A stretch of 64,000 nt of DNA from Verrucomicrobiaceae bacterium (GTDB lineage Bacteria; Verrucomicrobiota; Verrucomicrobiia; Verrucomicrobiales; Verrucomicrobiaceae). Positions 27,824 to 36,841 of this stretch are shown here, piece by piece. Numbering within the stretch: position 1 is the stretch's first letter; every line of letters starts with the position of its first letter. Where the stretch lies: assembly GCA_046346695.1 (NCBI GenBank), contig JAXMHS010000004.1, positions 98,085-162,084 on the forward strand, in the 5' to 3' direction. The notes below the pieces were generated by a model. The model saw only the letters and a list, made by a program, of their open reading frames with translations, was not told the DNA's origin and searched no databases. A program made the position numbers and the translations under genes.

Positions 27824-29122
27824 TCAAAGCAGCTTCCAGATGGCCAGTCCAAACGCGGCATTGAACGCCGCGATGAGGCCCAGTGAGAACGTCCAGGGAT
27901 TCACCTGAATGTAGCGGGCCAGCATCATGAGGAAATGCAACAGCAAACCTTCGGCGACGATAATGCAGGAGATGAGCGGCCAGTGGTCGGAGGGGTTTTC
28001 CACGATTTGGAAGCCGCTGCTCTTCACACCCGTGCCACTGCGTGTTCCGTCATCAAAGGTTTGTTGGAAGACCGCATAGCCTTCGCTGCGAACGGGCTCG
28101 TTCATCGTAATGACGCGTTTTTCCTCGCGACCGTTTTCCAACTTGGTGACCCAGCTCGTGAAGCGGCGGGCACGCTCGGTGCCCGGATGTTTCTCCTGCT
28201 CTGTTTTGTCGAGCTTCATGGCAAACGGGAGCTTGTAACTGCGGTGAACGAGCGAGATCAGATACTTGTCGTTGCCGACTGTTGCGGTCCATGGTGCGGC
28301 AGCGAACTCCCACAGGATGCCTTTCTGTTCCTCACCGGTCTTTTTGTCCTTCACGATGGCGATGCACGCGCTGGCGAGCTGTTCATCAGCCATCGCGCCA
28401 CCGGACGCATCGAGCGTGTTAAGTTCCTGGATGTAATAACCGTCCACCGCATCGGAGCGGCTGCCCTCGCGGTCACGCTTGGGCTGTGCATGCTGCTTCC
28501 AGCCGGTGATCGTCAGATCGAACGAAAGGCTCTCATGCTTGAAGTTCCTCTTCGCATCCCCGAGTCCTTTGAATTCGGAATCCGCGATCACCAACACTGT
28601 CCGACGTGCTTTCTCGTCCGTCTGGACCTTTTCGATCTCGATCACGCGTTCGTGGAAACTGGAGAACTCGTCGCTCACCTCCCCTTCCCTCAAATTCATG
28701 CTGCCTTCCTTCGCAAAGTGATGGCTCACCGCCCCCGCGGCGATCATGAGCAGGATGGCAAAATGCGAAATCACCACGCCGATGGTGCGCGGTGACTTGC
28801 GGATGCGGATGATGCCGCCGAGCAGCATGTTCACAAACAGGATCGCCATCAGCAGGTAACCGCCTGGGATGATATACAGCGGCAGGGTGACGTCACCGAT
28901 GTCGGCGATCGCCAGTGCTCTCAGGCAGGCCCCGATGTCGATCCGGTCAATGAAGTACGATTCAAAATAGCGCGCCTGGCTCGCGACCAGACCATGTTCG
29001 GCCTGCTCCAACGTGCCCAGGAACGTCATGATCAGCAGCAGTGCCAGCATGACAGCGGCAAGCCCGTAGCTGGAGAGGAAGGCGATGAGGCGCGAAAGTA
29101 AGATGGAAGCGGAAGATGACAT
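27824..29122 (-). CDS. Cytochrome c biogenesis protein ResB/CcsB-like
   Basis: LSSYGLA, LTFLGTLEQ-like segment, HFAILL, LPFAMKL, MNEPVRSEGYAVFQ; stop overlaps the ccsA 5' region. Confidence 0.85.
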   Translation of the reverse strand: MSSSASILLSRLIAFLSSYGLAAVMLALLLIMTFLGTLEQAEHGLVASQARYFESYFIDRIDIGACLRALAIADIGDVTLPLYIIPGGYLLMAILFVNMLLGGIIRIRKSPRTIGVVISHFAILLMIAAGAVSHHFAKEGSMNLREGEVSDEFSSFHERVIEIEKVQTDEKARRTVLVIADSEFKGLGDAKRNFKHESLSFDLTITGWKQHAQPKRDREGSRSDAVDGYYIQELNTLDASGGAMADEQLASACIAIVKDKKTGEEQKGILWEFAAAPWTATVGNDKYLISLVHRSYKLPFAMKLDKTEQEKHPGTERARRFTSWVTKLENGREEKRVITMNEPVRSEGYAVFQQTFDDGTRSGTGVKSSGFQIVENPSDHWPLISCIIVAEGLLLHFLMMLARYIQVNPWTFSLGLIAAFNAAFGLAIWKLL

Positions 29123-29125
29123 GGA

Positions 29126-29243
29126 AATGACGAAATCAGAATGACGAATGATGAAGGAATGACGAAGCACGAATGACGATGAGCGCCTCTTCGGCCTTCG
29201 TCATTGGACATTCATTCGTCATTCTGATTTCTGGTTTCGTCAT
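29126..29243. repeat. GAATGAC/GTCATTC inverted-repeat element (complete copy)
   Basis: Several GAATGAC(GAA) units followed by their reverse complements; fills the whole intergenic space. Confidence 0.8.
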
Positions 29244-29908
29244 TGCTTTGGCAGGTTCGGCTTGATGGACTGGCAGAAGGCATCAAAGGCTGCGGCGTTC
29301 TGCTCCACGAGCCCCTTCGGACCGGTGAGTTTGACAAAAATGGTGGCCTGCTCAGCGGAATGAATGAGGCCGAGCAGGCGATAACCTGTTTTGGCCTGTT
29401 CCGCACCGAAGCCTTTGAAGTCGCCATCGAAGGCCACATACGTCGCCTCGCGATTGAAGAACGGCTTCTTTGGCAGTTTGGCGATTTCGTCAGGTGTGTA
29501 AGCTGCCTGCCCCATCTGCGTGCGCCAGCGGTTCACATTGGCATCCAGACCGCCCGCGGAGCCGGGCATGAGTGAGATGTAGCATTCGCCCTCTTGATTC
29601 GGGCCGAAGCGCAGGTCGAGCAGGCGCATGCCCATCGGATCAGGCGTTGCATTTTCACTCCAACCCTCGGGGACCGTCCACGTGAGCAGTTCACGGAAAT
29701 TCGGGCGCTGTGACTGCTGGTTGTCATCCGCATCATCAAAAAAGCGCGTGGCGCTCGGGATGTCGATGGCCGGCTTGCGTGCGTGGCTGGAAATCTCACG
29801 CGTCTCCGTGATGACAAAATCCTGCTGGCGTCCGCAGGACAGGAGAGTGAGGCTGCATGCGAGCAGCGCACAGCTAGTCGGGGGGGCTTTCATCGAAGGG
29901 GAACGCAT
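29240..29908 (-). CDS. Putative lipoprotein in the ccs operon
   Basis: Lipobox LLSC; WTVPEGW, GGLDANVNRWRTQMG, FVKLTGP. Confidence 0.75.
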   Translation of the reverse strand: MRSPSMKAPPTSCALLACSLTLLSCGRQQDFVITETREISSHARKPAIDIPSATRFFDDADDNQQSQRPNFRELLTWTVPEGWSENATPDPMGMRLLDLRFGPNQEGECYISLMPGSAGGLDANVNRWRTQMGQAAYTPDEIAKLPKKPFFNREATYVAFDGDFKGFGAEQAKTGYRLLGLIHSAEQATIFVKLTGPKGLVEQNAAAFDAFCQSIKPNLPKQ

Positions 29909-30070
29909 GAGAGGAGGGGATGTTTAGCAGCTTCCTTCGTGAGCGCCACGAAGAAGCATGTGCGCGCGGGGGAAAGACGAGCAGCGAAATAGAAGGGGCT
30001 CAGCCTCAGTGGAGCGCAGGCTGGAGACTGAGAACTGAGACACTTCACCACTTCATGCAGTGTCGGCCGA

Positions 30071-32080
30071 TCACGAACCCTTGTGATCCGTGTGGCAGGC
30101 TTTGCAGTTCACGGCAGCCTTGTATTCAGCCACGCCGGCGGCGTCCTTCGCTTGAACTTTTTTCACAGCACCGATCAGAGCCTGGCACTTTTTCACCCAG
30201 GCGGCCTTTTCACCCTTTGGCGGCATGGCGGCGCACATGTCTTGATAAGCTTTCAGGAGCGTTCCGAGTTCCGCATCACTCGCGGTGCCGCCGGAAACCT
30301 TCTTGCACAGCGCGTCATCCGGCTTGTGGTAAGTCTTCATGACCGTCTTGATGACGTCACTTCCACCTGCGGCGGGCTTAGCGTCGGCCTTTTTCGGCTC
30401 TTCCTTCTTCGCAGGAGCAGGCGGAGGCGCGGGCGGTGCGGGCGGCGGAGCGGTCAGCTTGGCGATTTCCGCCTCGCTGAGGCCGACATTGACCTTGAGA
30501 TCAGGACGCTGGCCTTCGAGAGCCTTCGCGCCATTCTGTGTCACGCCGGTCTGCCAGACAAAGAGCTTCTTGAGCCCCTTCGCCCCGGCCAGTTTGGCGA
30601 TTCCGCCATCCGTGACCTTGTTGCCGTAGAGATTGAGGTATTCGAGGTTTTGCAGCGCGGCGAGCTTGGCGAGACCAGCATCACTGAACTTGGTGTTTTC
30701 GAGGTGCAGGCGTTCCAAGTTGGTCATCTTCGCCAAGGAATCGGCCGCGGCATCCGTGATCTGGCTGCGCGCGAGATCAACCCACACGACCTGCTGGGCG
30801 ATGGGCTCCAGCATGGCGAGTTCCTTGTCGCCAAACTTGTCCGCGGCATTGATGACGCCGAGACGAAGCTGCTCGGTGTCCTGCGCCAGCGGCATGAGCG
30901 AGGCGTTCAACGCCTGCATCTTCGCGGTGATTTCGGCCACCTGCTTCTTCTCGGCGTCGGTAAGCGGCTTGGGTTTGGGCTTCTCCACCTTCACGACCGA
31001 GGCTTTCGGCAGGCCTTTGCTCAACATCGCGGCGAGGATGCCCTCGATGGCGGCATCCGGCTTCGCTGCAGCGACGGTCTGTGTGTCCGAGGCGCCGTTC
31101 TTGATCCACCACGTGATGATCTGGCACTCTTCCTTGGTGATCTGCGGCTCGTCGGACGGCGGCATGTGGTCGTCATCATCCTTGGGCAAAAGAACGCGCT
31201 TCAGCATGAGACTGTCGTCCGGCTTGCCAGCTATAACCGTCGTCGCACCGTCGCCACCACCTTTCATGATGGCGGCAAAATCGTGAAGCTGCAGCTTGCC
31301 CTTCTTCTTCTCGACGCCATGACAACTCGTGCACTTCGCTTCCATGATCGGAGCGATGACATCCCGGTAAACGATGGCCTTCGCTGCAATCGCCGCGTCG
31401 AGCTTGCCACCTGCGGCAGGTTTTGCAGCAGGAGCAGCCGGAGCCGCGGGTTTCGCAGGGGCGGTGGCAGGTGCCGGTGCTGCGGCAGGAGCAGCGGCCA
31501 CCACGGCGACAGGCTTCGCATCATCCTCGGCAGTCCAGCCGTTGTTGATGTGGGCGTTGGGCAGTTTGGCCTTCAGGGCGGCCACTCCGGCCTTCGTGAC
31601 ACCACTCTGCCAGAGGTAGAGGGCCTTCAGCTTGCCCATTGAAGCAAGCTTGGCGATTCCAGCGTCAGTGACTTTCGTGTTGTAGAGATTGAGGTATTCC
31701 AACTCGGAGAGGCCCTTGAGGTGATCCAACCCCGCGTCTCCAATGCCCGTGCCTTCGAGGTGCAGTTCCTTGAGACCTTTCATGCCTGCGAGCTTGGCCA
31801 GACCTGCGTCGGTGACCTTCGTGCGGGCGAGATCGAGGGAGGCGATCTTGTCGGCAATGGGCGCAAGTGCATCAAGTCCCGCATCGCCGAATTCCTTCGC
31901 GACATTCAGTGCGGTGAAGCGGTACGCCTTGGCGTCTGCGGCGACCGGCATGAGCGAGGCACCAGTGGCGTTCACCTTTTGCATCGCGGCCTCGACGGCG
32001 GGATCAGCGGCTTTTTTGTCATCGGCAGCATGCGCGGTGAATGCGAGCGCCAGGGCGAGGATGAGGGAGGTAGGTTTCAT
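30071..32080 (-). CDS. Secreted multi-domain c-type cytochrome: LRR - PSCyt1 - LRR - C-terminal heme domain
   Basis: Signal peptide; two homologous LRR blocks (LEYLNLY..KVTD.GIAKL); CTSCH; C-terminal CKACH; Pro/Ala linkers. Confidence 0.88.
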   Translation of the reverse strand: MKPTSLILALALAFTAHAADDKKAADPAVEAAMQKVNATGASLMPVAADAKAYRFTALNVAKEFGDAGLDALAPIADKIASLDLARTKVTDAGLAKLAGMKGLKELHLEGTGIGDAGLDHLKGLSELEYLNLYNTKVTDAGIAKLASMGKLKALYLWQSGVTKAGVAALKAKLPNAHINNGWTAEDDAKPVAVVAAAPAAAPAPATAPAKPAAPAAPAAKPAAGGKLDAAIAAKAIVYRDVIAPIMEAKCTSCHGVEKKKGKLQLHDFAAIMKGGGDGATTVIAGKPDDSLMLKRVLLPKDDDDHMPPSDEPQITKEECQIITWWIKNGASDTQTVAAAKPDAAIEGILAAMLSKGLPKASVVKVEKPKPKPLTDAEKKQVAEITAKMQALNASLMPLAQDTEQLRLGVINAADKFGDKELAMLEPIAQQVVWVDLARSQITDAAADSLAKMTNLERLHLENTKFSDAGLAKLAALQNLEYLNLYGNKVTDGGIAKLAGAKGLKKLFVWQTGVTQNGAKALEGQRPDLKVNVGLSEAEIAKLTAPPPAPPAPPPAPAKKEEPKKADAKPAAGGSDVIKTVMKTYHKPDDALCKKVSGGTASDAELGTLLKAYQDMCAAMPPKGEKAAWVKKCQALIGAVKKVQAKDAAGVAEYKAAVNCKACHTDHKGS

Positions 32081-32158
32081 GAAATCAATGAGCAGAGAGC
32101 GGTGACAAAAAACAAAGTCATCGGAAGAACGACTTTGGACTAAAAGTCGCAAGATGGA

Positions 32159-33319
32159 CTAACCTTTCACGATGCTGTCCACCGTGGGCTTGAGTTCGGG
32201 CGGGAAGGCGGCTTCACTGACCTTTTGCGTGCCACTGGCCCCCTGCTGCACCCACCACTTCAGCAGCTCTATTTCTTCCTTGCTGAGCTGATCCTTGCCT
32301 TCAGGCGGCATGTGTTCTCCCTCATCGTCATCGATGGGAAGCATGATTCGGGTGATGCTCAAGCTTTCCTCCGGCTTGCCTGCGACGAAATTGCTGCCGT
32401 TTTCGCCACCCTTCATCGCCAGGTCGTAGGTGTCCATGCGCAGGTCGCCCTTTGATTTCTCCTCGTTGTGGCACTTGTTGCACTTGGCGTCGAGAATTGG
32501 AAGAATCACATGCTGGAAGACGAGCTTGTCATCCCCGCCGGTTGCCGTGGAAGGCGAGCCTATCTGTGGGTTCGTGCCAGGCGGTGTATTCCCGGTGACC
32601 TTCGGCTCCACTTTGGGTGTTGCTTTCGGTTCAGGCTTGGGTGGTTCAGGAGTGACGACTGGTGTTTCTGGCGCAGGCTCGGGCTTTTCCACCAGATTGA
32701 GCATAAACTTTTCCATGGCGACCATCTTCTCCTTCATGAAGGGCGGAGCATGGTCGATGAGAAATTTGCTCCCGTGGCTGATGTTGCCGCCAAAGTGGGC
32801 ACCCAAGCCCAGGATACCGAAGCTCAGGAAATACAGCGCACGGTAGGCAGTGAGCAGTTCGAAGCTGCCTCGGCCCATCGCGGTGAGGCGCACTATCAAC
32901 GCCAGCAGCACCCCCACGGTGCCAATGAGGCCCATCGTCTGATGCAGCGTGAAGTTGCCGCCATCGTAACCGCCTTCGCGGGAAAGCATGATGCCCGCCA
33001 TCACTGCCAGCACCGCGCCAATCGCGCCCACCAGCAATATCAGCAGCGAGGAGCTTCCGTATTTATCCTCGCCCCGCCGGGTGCTGCAAAGAAGCTCAAA
33101 AAAGCAAAGCAAGCCCAGCACACCCACAGGAAGGTGCAGAAAGATTGGGTGGAAACGCCCGATAAACAGCACCATTTGCGACGGCTCAACGTCAGGTGCC
33201 TTGTAGAGCGGCGGGAAAATCAGCAGGCCGAGCACAAAGGCTCCAATGAGCAACATTGTGACTATCCAGGCGGGAGTGAGAGACGGAGGTTCGGCAGAAT
33301 CACGCTCGGGCGATGACAT
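32159..33319 (-). CDS. Membrane protein (DUF2231-like) fused to a PSCyt1 cytochrome c domain
   Basis: IGRFHPIFLHLPVG, HQTMG, GAHFGGNISHG, CNKCH, HMPPEGK, LKWWVQQGA. Confidence 0.85.
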   Translation of the reverse strand: MSSPERDSAEPPSLTPAWIVTMLLIGAFVLGLLIFPPLYKAPDVEPSQMVLFIGRFHPIFLHLPVGVLGLLCFFELLCSTRRGEDKYGSSSLLILLVGAIGAVLAVMAGIMLSREGGYDGGNFTLHQTMGLIGTVGVLLALIVRLTAMGRGSFELLTAYRALYFLSFGILGLGAHFGGNISHGSKFLIDHAPPFMKEKMVAMEKFMLNLVEKPEPAPETPVVTPEPPKPEPKATPKVEPKVTGNTPPGTNPQIGSPSTATGGDDKLVFQHVILPILDAKCNKCHNEEKSKGDLRMDTYDLAMKGGENGSNFVAGKPEESLSITRIMLPIDDDEGEHMPPEGKDQLSKEEIELLKWWVQQGASGTQKVSEAAFPPELKPTVDSIVKG

Positions 33320-33467
33320 GAGATGGAGGGGTTGGGGGAATGTCGCTGCTAATAACGCCGATTCAGTCCAATATTCATCAGGAACCTGATGGTCGTTTCT
33401 GCCTTGGTTTTGGCTTCATCTCTGATCGGCGGCCAGCCGTATCTTGTGCCTTCCTTCATTATTTTTC

Positions 33468-34859
33468 ATGCCCCGCACTGTCCTGCACTGGTTCCGCCGC
33501 GATCTCCGCCTCACCGACAACACCGCGCTGCATCACGCCACGAAGGACGCGGAGCAGGTCATGCCGGTCTATGTCCTGAGCGATTGGAAAAACAGCCACG
33601 GCTGGACCGGCCCGAACCGCCAGCAGTTCCTCTGTGGCAACCTCGAATCCCTCGCGAAAAACCTCGAAACCATCAGCAGCCGCCTCATCATTCGCTGTGG
33701 GAAGGCCGATGCCGAACTGGAGCGCCTCGTTCGCGAGACGCAGGCTGGAGCGATCTACTTCAACCGCGACTACGATCCCTTTGGCCGCGCCATGGAAAAT
33801 AAGATCGCCGCGCTTTGCACGCGTCTCGGCATCGAGTGCCATGCATTCGACGACAGCGTCATGCACGCGCCCGAAACCGTGCTCACCGGCACCGGTCAGC
33901 CGTATCGCGTTTACACGCCCTACTCGAAGAACTGGCTCAATCTCGACAAGGCGGCCCCCCTGCCCCGTGTGGCCAACTTGGGACCGAAAGCCGGTGAAAA
34001 AATCACCAGCCTGCCCCTTCCCACGCTCGCGCATTGGAATCTCCCTGAGCCCACGGCGAACATCGTCGCATCAGGCGAACGTGCCGCCCGCGACCGCATG
34101 AAGCACTTCATCGAAGGCGGCATCCTCCAAGGCTACACCGCGAATCGCAACACGCCGGTGGGTCAAACGACCTCCCTGCTCAGCCAGGATCTGCGCTACG
34201 GCCTCATCGGCATCCGCGAGCTGTATGCGCGATGCGCCGCCCTCGAAAAAGCCAGCACCTACATCAAGGAACTCGCGTGGCGGGAGTTCTACTTCGCCAT
34301 CCTGTGGTTCTACCCGGAGGTCTTCGAGCATGAGTTCGCTCCCGACTGGCGCGGCCTGTCCTGGCCCGGCACCGAGGCCGACTTCCAGCGCTGGGCCACC
34401 GGCACCACCGGCTTTCCCATCGTCGATGCTGGCATGCGCCAGCTCTTGCAGACCGGACTCATGCACAACCGCCTCCGCATGATCACCGCCATGTTCCTGA
34501 CCAAGGATCTGCACTGCGACTGGCGCATGGGCGAGGCCTTCTTCATGCAGCAACTCGTCGATGGCGAAAACGCCAGCAACAACGGCGGCTGGCAATGGTC
34601 CGCCGGCACCGGCGCCGATGCTGCTCCTTACTTCCGCATCCAGAATCCCTGGCTGCAAAGCGCCCGCTTCGATCCCGCGGGCACCTACATCAAGCAATGG
34701 GTGCCCGAACTCAAGGACGTCCCCGCCCCGCTCCTCCACGAGCCACCCAAGCCCGGTCTCCCGCTCGCCCAAGGTTACCCGCTCCCCATGGTCGATCACC
34801 ACACCGAACGCGACCGTTGCCTCGCCATCTTCGCGAAGCACAAGGCGGAGCGGAGTTGA
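33468..34859 (+). CDS. phrB: Deoxyribodipyrimidine photolyase
   Basis: WFRRDLRLTDN, YRVYTPY, TSLLSQDLRYG, ELAWREF, TGFPIVDAGMRQL, MHNRLRM, NNGGWQWSAG. Confidence 0.95.
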   Translation: MPRTVLHWFRRDLRLTDNTALHHATKDAEQVMPVYVLSDWKNSHGWTGPNRQQFLCGNLESLAKNLETISSRLIIRCGKADAELERLVRETQAGAIYFNRDYDPFGRAMENKIAALCTRLGIECHAFDDSVMHAPETVLTGTGQPYRVYTPYSKNWLNLDKAAPLPRVANLGPKAGEKITSLPLPTLAHWNLPEPTANIVASGERAARDRMKHFIEGGILQGYTANRNTPVGQTTSLLSQDLRYGLIGIRELYARCAALEKASTYIKELAWREFYFAILWFYPEVFEHEFAPDWRGLSWPGTEADFQRWATGTTGFPIVDAGMRQLLQTGLMHNRLRMITAMFLTKDLHCDWRMGEAFFMQQLVDGENASNNGGWQWSAGTGADAAPYFRIQNPWLQSARFDPAGTYIKQWVPELKDVPAPLLHEPPKPGLPLAQGYPLPMVDHHTERDRCLAIFAKHKAERS

Positions 34860-35194
34860 TCGGGGAATCCCAGTTATCAGATCGCGGTTCTTGTGGGTTC
34901 ATCAAACCTGCTGGGATGGCCCAATCAAACGGCTTGTCATCGTTGCGTCTAGGCATCCTCCGTTCTTGGGCTGCCGTGCTTCAGATGGACCGCTCTTCGA
35001 GTTTGGGTTCAGGTTTGGGAATCATTTTCACCTTCCAATATCCGCCCACAGCGCGTAAACTGACAATTTTGTTGCCTGAGTACGGCATAGGAGGGTAAAT
35101 CGACACCCATGAACGAGAAATCCTGTACTCAGGCAACAAAAGCACTGGCTATAAAGCTGCTGACAAACACACGAATCTGTTAACCATCCGTACT

Positions 35195-35201
35195 GTTCGC
35201 C
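35195..35201 (+). other. Integron-type R' recombination core (GTTCGCC) opening cassette 1; possible attI remnant upstream
   Basis: Exact complement of the R'' box GGCGAAC that closes cassette 1 at 35800. Confidence 0.65.
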
Positions 35202-35210
35202 TAACTCAAC

Positions 35211-35777
35211 ATGCTGTCAGTGATTCAAGATGCCCTACAACCGCTTGTCGCAGAGGGCTTGATGCCTGGCGTGAGCCTTTGGGGAGCCTCGTTCTCGCCA
35301 TTCGACAAGACCACCGAGTTCCAAGCCTTCCGTCTTCATGGATGGGAGGGAACAGAGCTTCAGATTGGCGCATCAGACGCTATAGATTTCAAGACTACAG
35401 TCCCTGCTTGGCAGTATGAGGAGGATGGCGTCACTTACGATGAGCCAGAGACCATTCAGGAGCACGTATTCCGGTTCCTCGCCATTGAGCCGTTGAACAG
35501 CCGCGACTTGACTATTGCTGCGACACATGAGGTAGCATTGGGCACCGTGGAGGGCATAGATCTCTTGTATGCCAGCTACGAGATTCCTTTCCCCACCGGA
35601 ACTGAGATTCGTCGAGCCGTTGCAGGCCTTCGAGTGCGGATGGCAGAGGGCTACCTCGGAGGACACGAAGCCTCATTTGCCATCATACAGAAGCGGCCTG
35701 ATCACAGGCTTCGTATAGGTCCAGCTAGTCAGATCATGAGTGATTTACCATCACATTTCGAGCCGATTTCCCCATGA
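35211..35777 (+). CDS. Gene cassette 1: hypothetical protein (188 aa)
   Basis: ATG 10 nt after the R' box, followed by attC; atypical codon usage. Confidence 0.75.
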   Translation: MLSVIQDALQPLVAEGLMPGVSLWGASFSPFDKTTEFQAFRLHGWEGTELQIGASDAIDFKTTVPAWQYEEDGVTYDEPETIQEHVFRFLAIEPLNSRDLTIAATHEVALGTVEGIDLLYASYEIPFPTGTEIRRAVAGLRVRMAEGYLGGHEASFAIIQKRPDHRLRIGPASQIMSDLPSHFEPISP

Positions 35778-35799
35778 GCACAACCACCGGACGACCAAC

Positions 35800-35892
35800 G
35801 GCGAACAAAACGGATGCAGGCAACGGCTCGAAGGCTATCTGTCGTGTCAGCAACGTCTCGCGCTCGCCGTCGCCTGATCCGAGACGTTCGCC
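35800..35892 (+). other. attC site 1 (93 bp)
   Basis: R'' GGCGAAC ... R' GTTCGCC; arms CGGAT[G]CAGGCAACGGC / GCCGTCGCCTGATCCG with an extrahelical G. Confidence 0.85.
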
Positions 35893-35909
35893 CAACTCAA
35901 CACGCCACT

Positions 35910-36836
35910 ATGGAGCAACCAGAGTCTTTGCCAGCTTTTGATCCGGTTGCCGCCGATGCGTTCTTTGCTGACCTGATTTCCCGCTATTCGAGTAGCGATG
36001 ACCAAATCATCAAAGATCTGGTGAGTTTTCACCCCCTTACACAGTTCGACGAGTCTGAGTATGTGAGACTACTGAATCTAAGTCTCTCGCTTGATGTCTC
36101 TGAGAAGAAGCGTGTGGTGGATGCCACCCCTACACTTTCGCAGTTTCAGATTGATGAGTTGCTCAAGGTTTTTCGAGAGGAACAGGAGCAGTTTGAGAGT
36201 CTGCGCCCCAAAGAGGGCGAAACCATTTCACAGCTTGAGGAACATAAGAAGACCGAGTGGGTAGCACTCAAGGAACTTTATATTGCAGAGCTCAAATCGA
36301 GGAGAGATGAGAATAGAAGGTCTGCGGAGTCTGCTCCAACAGATGCCGAGGTAAACACCATTCAGGCGTTTCTCAGCCCTTACAATGCTGAGATAGTTCG
36401 AGCATTGGCTCGACGTCCTGCGGACATTTACACACTAACGCCACGACAATTTGAGGTGCTAATGGCTGAGATTCTAAACGATTTGGGTTGGAGCATCGAA
36501 CTTACGCCAGAGTCTAAGGATGGAGGTCGAGATATTATTGCCACGATTCCTTTCGGCTCTTCGAAGCTTCTTGGATTAGTGGAGTGCAAGCGATATTCGC
36601 CCGATCATAAGGTGGGTTTAGAGATTGTTGAGAGATTTGCATATACTGTGAGAGACCGAGACAGGGCTAGCTTTGGCATGTTGGCTACATCATCCTACTT
36701 TACTCAAGGGGCGTGGAGTGCTGCACAACGCCACCAATGGCAGATGCAACTCCACGATTTCGATCACATTTGCCACCTTCTGAAGAATTATGGACATTAC
36801 AAACAAGATGCAAGGATGGCCTGCCCCCGGAAGTGA
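35910..36836 (+). CDS. Gene cassette 2: Mrr-like restriction endonuclease with helical N-terminal domain, 3' end clipped by IS
   Basis: RQFEVLMAEIL..LGW, SKDGGRDIIA, VECKRY (PD-(D/E)xK); the last residues MACPRK are IS-encoded. Confidence 0.85.
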   Translation: MEQPESLPAFDPVAADAFFADLISRYSSSDDQIIKDLVSFHPLTQFDESEYVRLLNLSLSLDVSEKKRVVDATPTLSQFQIDELLKVFREEQEQFESLRPKEGETISQLEEHKKTEWVALKELYIAELKSRRDENRRSAESAPTDAEVNTIQAFLSPYNAEIVRALARRPADIYTLTPRQFEVLMAEILNDLGWSIELTPESKDGGRDIIATIPFGSSKLLGLVECKRYSPDHKVGLEIVERFAYTVRDRDRASFGMLATSSYFTQGAWSAAQRHQWQMQLHDFDHICHLLKNYGHYKQDARMACPRK

Positions 36837-36841
36837 GACAG

